DNA of 27,188 bases. Origin: Limisphaerales bacterium. GTDB lineage: Bacteria; Verrucomicrobiota; Verrucomicrobiia; Limisphaerales; JAJOIW01. The DNA lies in assembly GCA_965657355.1 (NCBI GenBank), contig CBFHOE010000005.1:314964-342151 (forward strand), in the 5' to 3' direction. A program made the translations under genes and the position numbers. Positions 1-10,300 of the stretch are shown here, piece after piece. The notes under the pieces are model-generated. The model saw nothing but the letters and a program-made list of their open reading frames with translations, had not been told where the DNA came from and searched no databases. Numbering within the stretch: the stretch's first letter is position 1; every line of letters starts with the position of its first letter.

Positions 1-3000
1 TTATTCGATGAGCATTGAATTTCTTATTCCACATTCTCCACATTGTGACTGTGATGGATCTATTCCACGTTCTAATAATTCAAGATTTCTCTTTTGGAGA
101 ACACGAGCTTTCCAGTATTGAGCTGGGGACTCAAATTTAGAATTCACTTTACCGAGCATTAAATTCTCAGGATCCGGTTTAGATGTTTTAGGTTCTTTTG
201 ATCGATTTTGCTGAGGTTTCCCGGAACCAATAATTTTCGCCATTAGCCTTTTGCGTTCCATTTTAATAGATTGACGTAATTCCTGGTCTTTCTTGACTGA
301 AAAATATTCACGTCCATCAATCCATGTGGATTGACAAACGGTTGCAGTGGAGAATGGGTGACCATTCCAAACAGCAAAGTCGGCATTTTTGCCAACTTCT
401 AATGAACCTACTTGATCTTCGATCATAAGTTGCTTTGCTGGATTAAGAGTGACAAATTTAAGTGCCTCTATTTCAGAAAGGCCACCATACTTCACGGCCT
501 TTGCAGCTTCGAGGTTCATTCTTCGCGCCATTTCACTATCATCTGAATTGAAGCTCACCACCATTCCTGCTTTGTGCATAATGGCACCGGCAAATGGAAT
601 AGCGTCCTGAACCTCAACTTTATATGCCCACCAGTCTGAAAAAGCAGATCCACCTATGGCGTGCTCTCTGATTATTTCAGCAACTTTATAACCTTCCAAT
701 ATGTGTTGGAAGGTTCCGATCCTAAATCCAAAATCACCAGCCACTCGACACAACATGAGAATTTCATCTTGCCTGTAGGAATGGCAATGGATAAGTCGTT
801 TACTCAATAATATCTCCGAGAGAGCCTCCAATTCTAAATCCCTTCTGGGGGCAACACCAATTTCTCCATCTTTATATTTTTGATGACGCGCAAGGTATTC
901 ATTTGCAGCCTGGAATCTTTCGCGAAAGACGCTTTCAACGCCCATTCGAGTGTTTGGATATCGACTCTGTTTGCGCTTTACGTTTTCACCAAGTGCAAAT
1001 TTTATGCCTGGCATAGCGCCCTTAAAGTGCATCTCATCAGGATGTGAAACTCCCCAACGCAACTTGTTCACCTGATTTTGGCCTCCGATTGGGTTTGCTG
1101 ACCCATGAAGAGTATTCACAGTGGTCAAACCTCCAGCCAGCTGACGATACCAATTTACATCATCGGGGTTCGTACTAGTCCCAATGTTCACTTCTGCTGT
1201 GATAGCTTGCCCTACTTCGTTGACTCCACGTTCAATACCAGTATGAGAATGACAGTCGATCAGTCCTGGAGTAACATGCATGCCTCTAGCATCAAATTCA
1301 GTCCAGACAGCTTGGCTGTCTTTTAAAAATTCAATGGCTTTGTCATGAGTTCCAACAAACAGAATTTCTCCACCGCTAACAATTAAATCCCCTTCTATAT
1401 TTCCTTGTGGGCCGCTTGTCCAAATGTAAGCATTTTGCAGCCAGAAATCTTTCTGAGTTGGAAGGGACTCGTATGCATAGGGACCAAATGGGAGTGCGAA
1501 TGGTGATATGAATGGTTTGTCTTTCTCTTCTCCCTTGTTCGCATCTACCTCCATTTCTGGTTTTAAGGGTTGATGCGAGGAAACCAACCTCATGGAAGCT
1601 TTGAAATCTCCACTAGATATTGAGCCAGTCACCTTTCTCTTTTCAACGTTGAAAGAAAGCTCCAAAGAGCCAACCTCTCGCTTCGAATCATTGCTCTCTT
1701 CATCAAAGACCAAATTTAATCCCTGATTATTCCATGAGTAAACAACTGGGCGCATTACTCCTTGATGATTGATATGTCCATGCCATAAGCCCTCATGTTT
1801 TTCCAGAACAAGAATAAGATTGGGATCTTCTTCTTGCATACCGGTCAGCTGCCAGCGTCCCTCATACTTAGATTCTCGTGCATCCGAGAGCCGGGTTCCA
1901 GAGATTGAAACTCTTTCAGAATCTTTATTAGACTTGGACCATCCATTTAATTGACCATTTCCATTTATATTAATGTTCAGTTGAATCCAGTTCTTTTTTA
2001 TATCCGCTTTTGCCAATAAGGTTTTTCCATCGGTTTCAATATCATCAAGCGGAACAACAGCATTATCAGCTTTTATATGACCGATATATTTACCCTTCGC
2101 TGTCTTTACAATTTTTAATAAACCGGTAGTTGTCTCACCTTTGTGGTTATTCATCTCGCCGCTCCAAGTCCCTACCCAGCTAAATTTCGGGTTTGTCTCT
2201 GTTTTTTTATCAAGCTCTTTTTCGTTATTCTCTTCAGATGGTAATTTATTCGCAGTCCAATCTTTACCAGATCCATCTAAATTGACTGTTCGTCCAGCTA
2301 GGTGGAATTGATTGTTTTCCTCGTCGGGGAAAATGCCAGCAGTGAAAACAATTAATGGCTCGTCGCCGAAATCAGGATGGCGACTAACAAAATGCAATGT
2401 TTCGCCACTCACACTAAAGTATGAAACTTCAGCCTCGGACTCCCCAATAATAAGCTTTGCCGATTTTTCACTTTTAACCTCCAGTATGACTGCCTGATTA
2501 TCTTCAAATAAGCCGGTGATTTCCCAGTTCCCTTTGAATTCCGGTTTAGAATCCTTTTTAAACTTATGAACATTCCCATCAATCCAAGAAAACTGCACTT
2601 CTGCACCCTTGGTGAATATGGGCTTGTCAGTGATAGTGAGATTTGCCTTTTTTCCGCCTTCTATCGAGCCAGCTAGATGAGATATTCCTAATTTTTGAGC
2701 AGGCAGAGTCGTTAAGGCGTTTAAAAGAATTTCTGAATCGACGCCTGTTTCTTGGACTTCCTGTACGAGTCTGAGGAAGTCATTTACCCCACCCGAGGAG
2801 GTGAGTAGAAATGGAAATTGGCGGTCAGCAAGATAAAGAATATTTTTAGGTAAATGTTCCCAATCCATTAACTGGCGCAAATTCACACTTTCTTGCTCTC
2901 CTACAGAGCCAATTCCGGGCTTTGATGGAAAATCTAAAGGAACAATAACGGGATACTTTCCCGAGAGAGCCTTTAACCTTTTGAATTCGCTGCCCGTTCC

Positions 3001-3840
3001 TTTTAAAAGAGCTTGGGTAATTCCAAATTCATCGAGAATTTTCTCCGCTCTCACAAGGTCTAATTCATCCTGACCGCTCATGATAAATTTTGAAGGGCCA
3101 TTGATCGCCCCTCTAGGATGACTTCTTTCAACCCTGATGGAATCCAATGCGTTTGGACCATATTTATTCCCGCTTCGTGCATTATATTCAGCATCAAGAA
3201 GTGTTTGACGAATTAAAGATATAAGTCCCATAAGAGAATTCGGACGGCTTCCGGATTCGAGGGCCACAGACTGATAACTCTCACCCTTAATGAATGGAGC
3301 TCTCTTCTGTGATCTGTCTCCGGGAATGGCTCCGAGACTTATAATAGCAGTCTGACCTCTGAAAATACCTTTCGATGGTACTACTTGAGCGATACTGAAG
3401 CCTGCTTTTCGTAAATTAATCCTGTCCGACTCAGATGGCAGAGAGGCCTCTTTAGCGGAGCGTGAAGGCTGAACCCGAGGGTTCCAATGGGATCCAGGTC
3501 TATTCGGATCACCGTCAGTAACAGAAACTTCCAAATATGGCTCAATGAATCCTGGGTATATGTGTGAACCCTCAATATCCCAGATTTTATAACCGCTTGG
3601 AACTTTCTTTTTCCCAGACTTAAATACATCGACGATTTGGTCTCCCTTTATCAAGATCCAGGCATTATCAATAGATTTACCTGGAGAGATGTAAACTTTT
3701 TTTCCATGAATCGCATGATAGTTTACTTGCGGACTGGGTATTCCGTTAATGGGTGGCTCCAACAAATTCTCTGCCATGGCACCATGGTCCTGGGATAATA
3801 GAAGAAATGCCCCAAGAATAATGTATATTGTCTTCTTCAT
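1..3840 (-). CDS. Secreted amidohydrolase-superfamily protein with two tandem amidohydrolase domains and a central beta-rich insert
   Basis: The C-terminal domain has TPGLIDCHSH, HCHSYRQDE, FQHILEG, NSDD and GSLEVGKNADF. The N-terminal domain has YPGFIEPY and GSIEGGKKANL. Start placed at ATG 3840 (MKKTIYIILG, signal-like); the ORF track extends to TTG 3858. Confidence 0.9.
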   Translation of the reverse strand: MKKTIYIILGAFLLLSQDHGAMAENLLEPPINGIPSPQVNYHAIHGKKVYISPGKSIDNAWILIKGDQIVDVFKSGKKKVPSGYKIWDIEGSHIYPGFIEPYLEVSVTDGDPNRPGSHWNPRVQPSRSAKEASLPSESDRINLRKAGFSIAQVVPSKGIFRGQTAIISLGAIPGDRSQKRAPFIKGESYQSVALESGSRPNSLMGLISLIRQTLLDAEYNARSGNKYGPNALDSIRVERSHPRGAINGPSKFIMSGQDELDLVRAEKILDEFGITQALLKGTGSEFKRLKALSGKYPVIVPLDFPSKPGIGSVGEQESVNLRQLMDWEHLPKNILYLADRQFPFLLTSSGGVNDFLRLVQEVQETGVDSEILLNALTTLPAQKLGISHLAGSIEGGKKANLTITDKPIFTKGAEVQFSWIDGNVHKFKKDSKPEFKGNWEITGLFEDNQAVILEVKSEKSAKLIIGESEAEVSYFSVSGETLHFVSRHPDFGDEPLIVFTAGIFPDEENNQFHLAGRTVNLDGSGKDWTANKLPSEENNEKELDKKTETNPKFSWVGTWSGEMNNHKGETTTGLLKIVKTAKGKYIGHIKADNAVVPLDDIETDGKTLLAKADIKKNWIQLNININGNGQLNGWSKSNKDSERVSISGTRLSDARESKYEGRWQLTGMQEEDPNLILVLEKHEGLWHGHINHQGVMRPVVYSWNNQGLNLVFDEESNDSKREVGSLELSFNVEKRKVTGSISSGDFKASMRLVSSHQPLKPEMEVDANKGEEKDKPFISPFALPFGPYAYESLPTQKDFWLQNAYIWTSGPQGNIEGDLIVSGGEILFVGTHDKAIEFLKDSQAVWTEFDARGMHVTPGLIDCHSHTGIERGVNEVGQAITAEVNIGTSTNPDDVNWYRQLAGGLTTVNTLHGSANPIGGQNQVNKLRWGVSHPDEMHFKGAMPGIKFALGENVKRKQSRYPNTRMGVESVFRERFQAANEYLARHQKYKDGEIGVAPRRDLELEALSEILLSKRLIHCHSYRQDEILMLCRVAGDFGFRIGTFQHILEGYKVAEIIREHAIGGSAFSDWWAYKVEVQDAIPFAGAIMHKAGMVVSFNSDDSEMARRMNLEAAKAVKYGGLSEIEALKFVTLNPAKQLMIEDQVGSLEVGKNADFAVWNGHPFSTATVCQSTWIDGREYFSVKKDQELRQSIKMERKRLMAKIIGSGKPQQNRSKEPKTSKPDPENLMLGKVNSKFESPAQYWKARVLQKRNLELLERGIDPSQSQCGECGIRNSMLIE

Positions 3841-3931
3841 TATGATCAGTCTAAACAATGAATCATTTGCTAATAATTTTATGAACGAAAATTCTGTATT
3901 AGAGTTTCCTCGCGCGTAAAGTATGTTTTAA

Positions 3932-3966
3932 GGATAAGCTTTTCGGTAAATTTGAAAAGCTTATCC
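3932..3966. promoter_or_regulatory. Perfect 13-bp inverted repeat in a divergent intergenic region, possible operator
   Basis: GGATAAGCTTTTC (3932-3944), 9-nt spacer, GAAAAGCTTATCC (3954-3966). The repeat is directly visible; its function is inferred from position. Confidence 0.5.
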
Positions 3967-4021
3967 ACTCAAATAGTGGTTTATTTAATCAGGCGTGCCC
4001 TGAATATTTTTTCACGGAGCT

Positions 4022-4621
4022 ATGGACGATAAGGACTTAAACAAAAATTTTACCCCACTGACTATCAATCCAATCTTTCATTGTTTTGAAACTGGTAGTC
4101 CATTTGCGAAATGCTCAAAATGTAATTCGCATTTAGATACCACACTCCAGCCTTACATTATTCATAAAGACTGGGGGCCAAATGACCTCTCAAGCGAATT
4201 TGCTCTATGTTTTAGTTGCATAGAAGACCTCCGTGAATCCACATCAAAAGAGTCTAGACAAAAAATAGAATCTTTTATCCAGTCGTCGGGGGGTCTGGAG
4301 AAACACGAAGAGATTTTGGAATCGGGGAGTAAAAATGATGCCGGCTCAGACTCTCGAGAGATAGACCATTGCGTCCTATGCACTCGCGACATCGAAAGAC
4401 CCGGAGCGCCGCATAGTTTGACCTGTTCTGTAATCCATACAGGCCCATTTGCAATACCTCAAGCAATCGCCACATGTGGTGCATGCGAGGAACAATTAAT
4501 GGAATTATTGTCTAAAGAGACAAAAGATTCTTGGGATGGGTTCTATGAGTCTATTATTGATAGCCCTCCGGTAGATATGGTTGACCTCCCTGGCCCTAAG
4601 AAGCCCTGTGTCGTTTTTTAA
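4022..4621 (+). CDS. Hypothetical protein with four CxxC motifs (two putative C4 zinc fingers)
   Basis: 199-aa ORF preceded by GGAG. CSKC, CFSC, CVLC and CGAC are arranged as an internal repeat. Confidence 0.85.
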   Translation: MDDKDLNKNFTPLTINPIFHCFETGSPFAKCSKCNSHLDTTLQPYIIHKDWGPNDLSSEFALCFSCIEDLRESTSKESRQKIESFIQSSGGLEKHEEILESGSKNDAGSDSREIDHCVLCTRDIERPGAPHSLTCSVIHTGPFAIPQAIATCGACEEQLMELLSKETKDSWDGFYESIIDSPPVDMVDLPGPKKPCVVF

Positions 4622-4669
4622 AACTAAGGACAGAAGTTCTTTAGATATTAGAACTAACGGCAGAACCAA

Positions 4670-5983
4670 CTATTGTGGAATCGAAATCCAATCCCATAAA
4701 TTTCCAGTTTTCCCACTTTCAAAAGAGACTCCATCCACGTGCACCTTCATGCCGCCCATGGTTGTGACTTTATCAAATTTGAGAGAATTAATCCCGTGTT
4801 GACTTAGTGGCTTGACCTCTCGAGGGTCTGATTGGCCATTACTATTTTGATCAAACCAAACCGAAATCCCATCAAGCTCATTACCGGATAAGCACCTGTC
4901 GGCATTGTTATCCAGGGATGCAATGGCATCAAAACCATCTTTCCAAATAAGTTGGAAGGTATAGTTTCCAAATAATTGTCGTCCCGATCGAATACTTTTT
5001 GAGTTCATAGGATCCCAGACAAGGATCCCAGTTTCTGGTGAAATCCAGGAGCATGATTCGGAGTAACCATCACCGTTTAAATCAAACCGAACAAATTGAT
5101 TTGTTCGTGCGAATTGATTCGGTTTAATTTTATCATTATCTGTTATGACTAAAGGCGTGATTGGACCAACTTTCAATTTCTCCATTTTTTTCAAATGATC
5201 CGAAATTGTTTTGATTCTAGATTCCACGAGAGTATCGTCTTTCAGCAAAGTTTTCCCGGCTTCATAGCTAACTAAACCAGGCAATCCTTCTGGAGGCCTG
5301 AACTGCCTTTTTTGATCCTTTGATTTTGAGATTAAAAAAGCCTTCCAGAACAAGCTTTTTATGATCTTTTCGTCTATGTTTTTAAAAGCATCGCTTTCTA
5401 ATTTATTCACCTCAAGAAAATCATTTACCTGCTGATAGAGGGAGGCAAGCCCGAGGTAATAGAGTCCCTCGTCTTTAGAAATCTGAATCGCTTTTAAAAA
5501 ATAATTCTTTGATTTTTCAGCAAACACCAAGACTTCATTAGCAGAAAGTTTTTTAGGCCTCCATTTCGATTTTTTCAACTCATTAGTCACAACGCTCAAA
5601 CGCTTGTAAAAATTATTCCTAACTTTAGAGTCAAGCTCAGCCAATGAGTCTAGTTGAAATTCTTCTAGAACGCGCTTTTGAGCTTCGTTGCGCAGCAGTA
5701 TATATTTGAAGTCTGCAGCCATCCAATGTGGAGCCACAGATGATCGCGCCCCTGGGCGACCTGAGTCAAATCCAGGAACGGTGAGACTTTGGTTATAAAA
5801 GGAAAGGTAATAAGCTCGTGCAATAGTATAATAAGCTCGTGCGTCTTTTGGGTTCTCGGCCAAATGAGCCTCGGTATTCTTTACGATTCTTTCCAATGGA
5901 ATGGGACTAGGAGCCATAAACATCCCAATGGATGAGATTTCGAAAACAAAAAACAGACTAAACGTAATGATGAGCCTTCTCAT
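4670..5983 (-). CDS. Secreted protein: TPR-like helical N-terminus plus C-terminal Ca2+-binding domain resembling the RTX/FrpC self-processing module
   Basis: Signal-like MRRLIITFSLFF from ATG 5983 and TPR-like NPKDARAYYTIARAY. The C-terminus has TPLVI, FDLNGDG, QLFGN, DGFDAIASLDNNAD and VWFDQNSNGQSDPREV. Confidence 0.8.
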   Translation of the reverse strand: MRRLIITFSLFFVFEISSIGMFMAPSPIPLERIVKNTEAHLAENPKDARAYYTIARAYYLSFYNQSLTVPGFDSGRPGARSSVAPHWMAADFKYILLRNEAQKRVLEEFQLDSLAELDSKVRNNFYKRLSVVTNELKKSKWRPKKLSANEVLVFAEKSKNYFLKAIQISKDEGLYYLGLASLYQQVNDFLEVNKLESDAFKNIDEKIIKSLFWKAFLISKSKDQKRQFRPPEGLPGLVSYEAGKTLLKDDTLVESRIKTISDHLKKMEKLKVGPITPLVITDNDKIKPNQFARTNQFVRFDLNGDGYSESCSWISPETGILVWDPMNSKSIRSGRQLFGNYTFQLIWKDGFDAIASLDNNADRCLSGNELDGISVWFDQNSNGQSDPREVKPLSQHGINSLKFDKVTTMGGMKVHVDGVSFESGKTGNLWDWISIPQ

Positions 5984-6362
5984 TTGCAGCTTAAATATAA
6001 GACAACATAATTTACTTGCAATATAAACAACCAACACGTTTTCACGACACCGAGAGCCAGCGAAGAGAAAAAACTAAACTGATTTATCGTAATCCATACC
6101 CATTATTCGTTTCTTAAAAGCCAACTTTAAATCGAAAATTTAATGTGAAGCAGCAGGCAAGCAACCTCAATTTTTGAAATCGTCCCTTATAAAAACACTA
6201 AGACACAACGCGAACCAACTGCTCCGTGCCACACCGTTAATTATTCTAATGAAATCACATTCCTTGATTTATATGAGATTTAGCAAGTAGCTTTCAGAAA
6301 GATAGTGTGATCGAAATTGTTGAAATAAAAGTCTCATCGGAGCTTTATCACCACCAGAAATA

Positions 6363-6842
6363 CTAGAAAATATTTTCTATCTTATAATTTCTTTTATCAC
6401 TACCAAGCCCAATAGAAAATGAATGCCCAATCGTTTTTCCTATCAATACTTTTCCAATGGGTGAGGAAGGTGTGACCACGGAGATCTCCTGATTATTGTA
6501 TTCAATTTCAGCACCGCCGGATGCTGGCCCAACAAAATAATAGATAGATTCTTCTTCAAGTCGCAATTCAACCAAAGCCCCAATGTCTATAGTTTGACCA
6601 TCGTCAAAATCTGAAAGAATTAAGGTTTCAAAAGAGTCAAGATCAGCTTTTGCCTGGAGGGCTTGCTTCGCTTGCCCATGAGCCAGATATGATGCTTCAA
6701 GTCCTCTTGTATCATATTTACCTTCGGGCTTGTTATGCTCATCCGTCGCCTCGTCGCTTGCTGAACTAGCTGCTCTGAAATAAGTATCTAGGTCTTTTTT
6801 TAATTTTTTTATAATGAGGTGGAGAATTTCTTCCTTATCCAT
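6363..6842 (-). CDS. GreA/GreB family transcription elongation factor-like protein
   Basis: N-terminal coiled coil with KYDTRGLEASYLA. The C-terminal IGALVEL...VVTPSSPIGKVLIGKTIG is typical of the GreA/GreB C-domain. Confidence 0.88.
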   Translation of the reverse strand: MDKEEILHLIIKKLKKDLDTYFRAASSASDEATDEHNKPEGKYDTRGLEASYLAHGQAKQALQAKADLDSFETLILSDFDDGQTIDIGALVELRLEEESIYYFVGPASGGAEIEYNNQEISVVTPSSPIGKVLIGKTIGHSFSIGLGSDKRNYKIENIF

Positions 6843-7344
6843 AACCGAATAATTCTATTACAATGAAAGATAAACGAAGTAAATTAGACAACTTGAAATT
6901 TAAAATAAAATATTTGATCAAGCATACCTCTTGAGGATAAAGGAATCGCTTTCTTAATTTAAAAATGAAACGAATTCGGCACGGTGCTTCTTGAATTCAT
7001 CATAGCTCTCGAAGTTAAAGCTGCCGAGAAGGTACTGGATTACGAATGAATTATCACAGTATTTTGTCATATGATGTTATGTAGCTGTATAGTTTTCATT
7101 TTGATCGCCACATCAGAATGACGTGAACCCCATCATTTCTCGCTTCGCGATTCCACAGCCCAAAATAATTAAACGTAGATTTTATAAAACTTTTATTAAA
7201 ACCCGATTGATTCTCAGATACACTATCCGGAATCATTAATTTTCAATTTCGGTGGGAATACGATGCGTCGCTATGTTTGCCAGTAATTTCCCGAAAAAAT
7301 TAAATCTAATGTCAAAAACAAACCTCTAATTAAAAACAGAATAT

Positions 7345-10300
7345 ATGAATAAAATGACTTCTTTACTGATTTTGGCAGTTATTCTCAGCTTTTTCACTTC
7401 GTCCGCCGCGGAAGAGGGAACGGGAAAACCAGTATTTGAGAGCGAGATTATTGATACAAAAAAGAGGCAAGTCGAGATTAGGGCTAATATAAAAGGTGCT
7501 AAAAAACTTTACCTGGTCGTTGATGATGCAGGAAATTATTCACATGATTGGGCCGATTGGATAAATCCGAGGCTGATAGGGATTGATGGAGAGCTTGAGC
7601 TCACGAGTTTAAAATGGAAAAAAGCCACCCAGCAATGGGGAAAGACTCGAATTGGAAAAAATGTAAGCGGAGGGGACATCATGCTTAATGGGAAAATTTT
7701 GGCCAATGGTATCGGCACCCACGCCAACTCCATCATTGAATATGATCTTCCGAGCAAAGACTTTCATGAGTTCAGGGCAACTGGAATAATCGATGATGGT
7801 GGGATTCAAGACACGGACAGGTCATCTGTGCAATTTCTCGTGTATACAAAATTACCAGCAGCTAGGGAAAAGAAAATTGCACGATCCTCAGCTTCAGTCT
7901 TCGATCCAAGCGCTTATAAAAATGTAGAAAAACTCCGACGCGAGATGTTCAGCACTCAAGTAGATTTAGAAATTTCAGTTTGGGCAGAATCGCCACTCTT
8001 TTATAATCCTACGAATATTGATATCGATAAAGATGGCAGAATTTGGGTCGCAGAAGGGGTAAGATACAGAGGGGCGCAGGGACTTCGCCCCAAGGGCGAC
8101 CGCATAATGGTTTTGCAGGATACCGATTTGGATGGCAAAGCAGATGCGAGTCATGTGTTTGTTCAGGAAGAATTTCTCTTGGCTCCATTAGGTATCGCTG
8201 TCATTGATAATAAAATAATCGTTTCGCAAACACCTTCCCTACTTGTCTACACTGATGTGAACCGGAACCAACGATTCGATAAAGAAATCGATACACGAGA
8301 GGAATTACTGACCGGCTTTCAGGGGCGAAACCATGACCACAGTCTTCACAGTGTCACCGCCGGACCTGACGGTCTTTGGTATTTTAATCACGGGAATTGC
8401 GGTGCCACTTTTACGGACAAATCGGGTAGAACCTTCCGAGTTGGTAGTCCATATATGAACCAGAATGTTGCGGGGACCCGAAGCGATGATGGAAATATTT
8501 GGCTTGGAGGGGCGACTTATCGCATGAACCCAGATGGCTCGCATGCCCAAGTCATCGGTCATAATTACAGAAATTCTTACGAACAAGCTGTTAGTTCATT
8601 TGGCGACGTTTTTCAAAATGATAATGACGACCCGCAAGCGTGCCGCACGACATTTATACTTGAATACGGGAACGCAGGCTTTGCCTCAAGCGATGGTAAA
8701 AGATCATGGTCTGCGGACAGAAGACCCGGGCAATCTACCAAAATAGCCGAATGGAGACAGGAAGACCCGGGCACCATGCCAGCCGGAGATGTTTATGGAG
8801 GTGGCGCCCCCACGGGCATTGTTCATTATGAAAACGGGTCTTTGGGAGAGAAATACCAAGGACTTCTTCTGAGTTGTGAACCGGCCAGGAATGTTGTGTT
8901 TGGATATTACCCAAAACTTGAGGGAGCAGGGTTTAAATTAGAGCGATTTGATTTTGTAACGACAAATATTGAAAAAGATTTTGCGGGCGCCGATTTCAGA
9001 GGAGGTGCTAGCTGGGAAAAGAAAAAGACTCTTTTCCGCCCATCCGATGTATCTGTTGGTGTCGATGGCGCCGTATATATTGCTGATTGGTATGATCCAA
9101 GAGTTGGGGGCCATGGCATGATAGACCGTACGTGCTATGGAACAATTTATCGAATTGCCCCGAAAGGATTTAAACCAAAAATTCCACAGCTCGATTTAAA
9201 TACAACCAGCGGGCAAATAGAGGCATTAAAAAGCCCGGCAGTTAACGTTAGAAACCTTGGGTTCACAAAATTAAAGAGCCAGGGGAAAAAATCAGTGAAG
9301 CCAGTGTCCCGATTATTAGGTGATAAAAATCCATATATTCGCGCGCGAGCCATATGGCTTCTATCTCAACTTGGAGATCAAGGCATTAAAAGAATCGAAA
9401 AACTTTTGAATTCAAAAAGCGAAGAAACAAGAATCACTGCATACCGCGCATTAAGGAGACAAAACCATAATTTTATAAAAATGGCTGAAAAGATGGCAAA
9501 AGATCCTTCCCCTGCAGTCAGGAGAGAAGTTGCGGTCTCGATGAGAAACGTCGCTTTAAATCAAGGTCACGAAATCTTACTGGAGCTTGCGCGCAGGTTC
9601 GATGGATTAGACAGAACATATCTTGAAGCACTAGGCACAGGGTGCTACGGAAAAGAAGCTCAAATGTTCCAAATTTTGAGAAAAGAATTAGGTGGTGACC
9701 CTCTTTTTTGGAGCCAGGCATTTGAGAGAATTGCCTGGAGACTCATGACCCCGGCCGCTATTGAAGGACTGAGCCAAAGAGTTTTAAATCAAAGTCTTCC
9801 GAATCAATCCAGGAAACTTGCAATGGATGCTCTTGCTTTCATAAACGAAGGAAGTGCAGGTGAAGCCCTAGTAAGAGTAGCTAGTATGAAAAATGACCCG
9901 CTGAGCGGTGATGCCAAGTGGTGGATCAATCATCGACATAAAAATACATGGCGTGAGTTTAACCATGTGAAGAAACTAAATTCTGAAAACAATGAAGCTA
10001 TTTTAAAAGGTTTTGTCACTCCAGATATTCCTGAGGACAAGCTCCCAGCCACCTCTGAAATTCTTGCACTAAAAGGAGATTACCAGAAGGGAAAGAAAAC
10101 GGCGCTGCGTTGTATCATGTGCCACCGAATCGGAGAGCTGGGAGTTGACTTTGGTCCAGCCCTGGACGGATGGGGAAAAAAGTTTAATGATGAGCAAATT
10201 ATCGAGGCAATTACCCGCCCAAATAAGGAAATTGCACTGGGATTTGAAGGAGTAGAAATAGAGACAAAAGACGGAAATAAATGGCAAGGACGCGTCATTC

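Noticed and set aside
3961..3969. TTATCCACT, one mismatch from the DnaA box TTATCCACA
   Set aside because: Single copy inside an inverted-repeat arm, with no box cluster or dnaA-type context, so not called oriC.
6190..6240. AAC...GACACAACG...CGTGCCAC...GTT, faintly attC-like
   Set aside because: Pairing is too weak and it does not follow a co-oriented gene.
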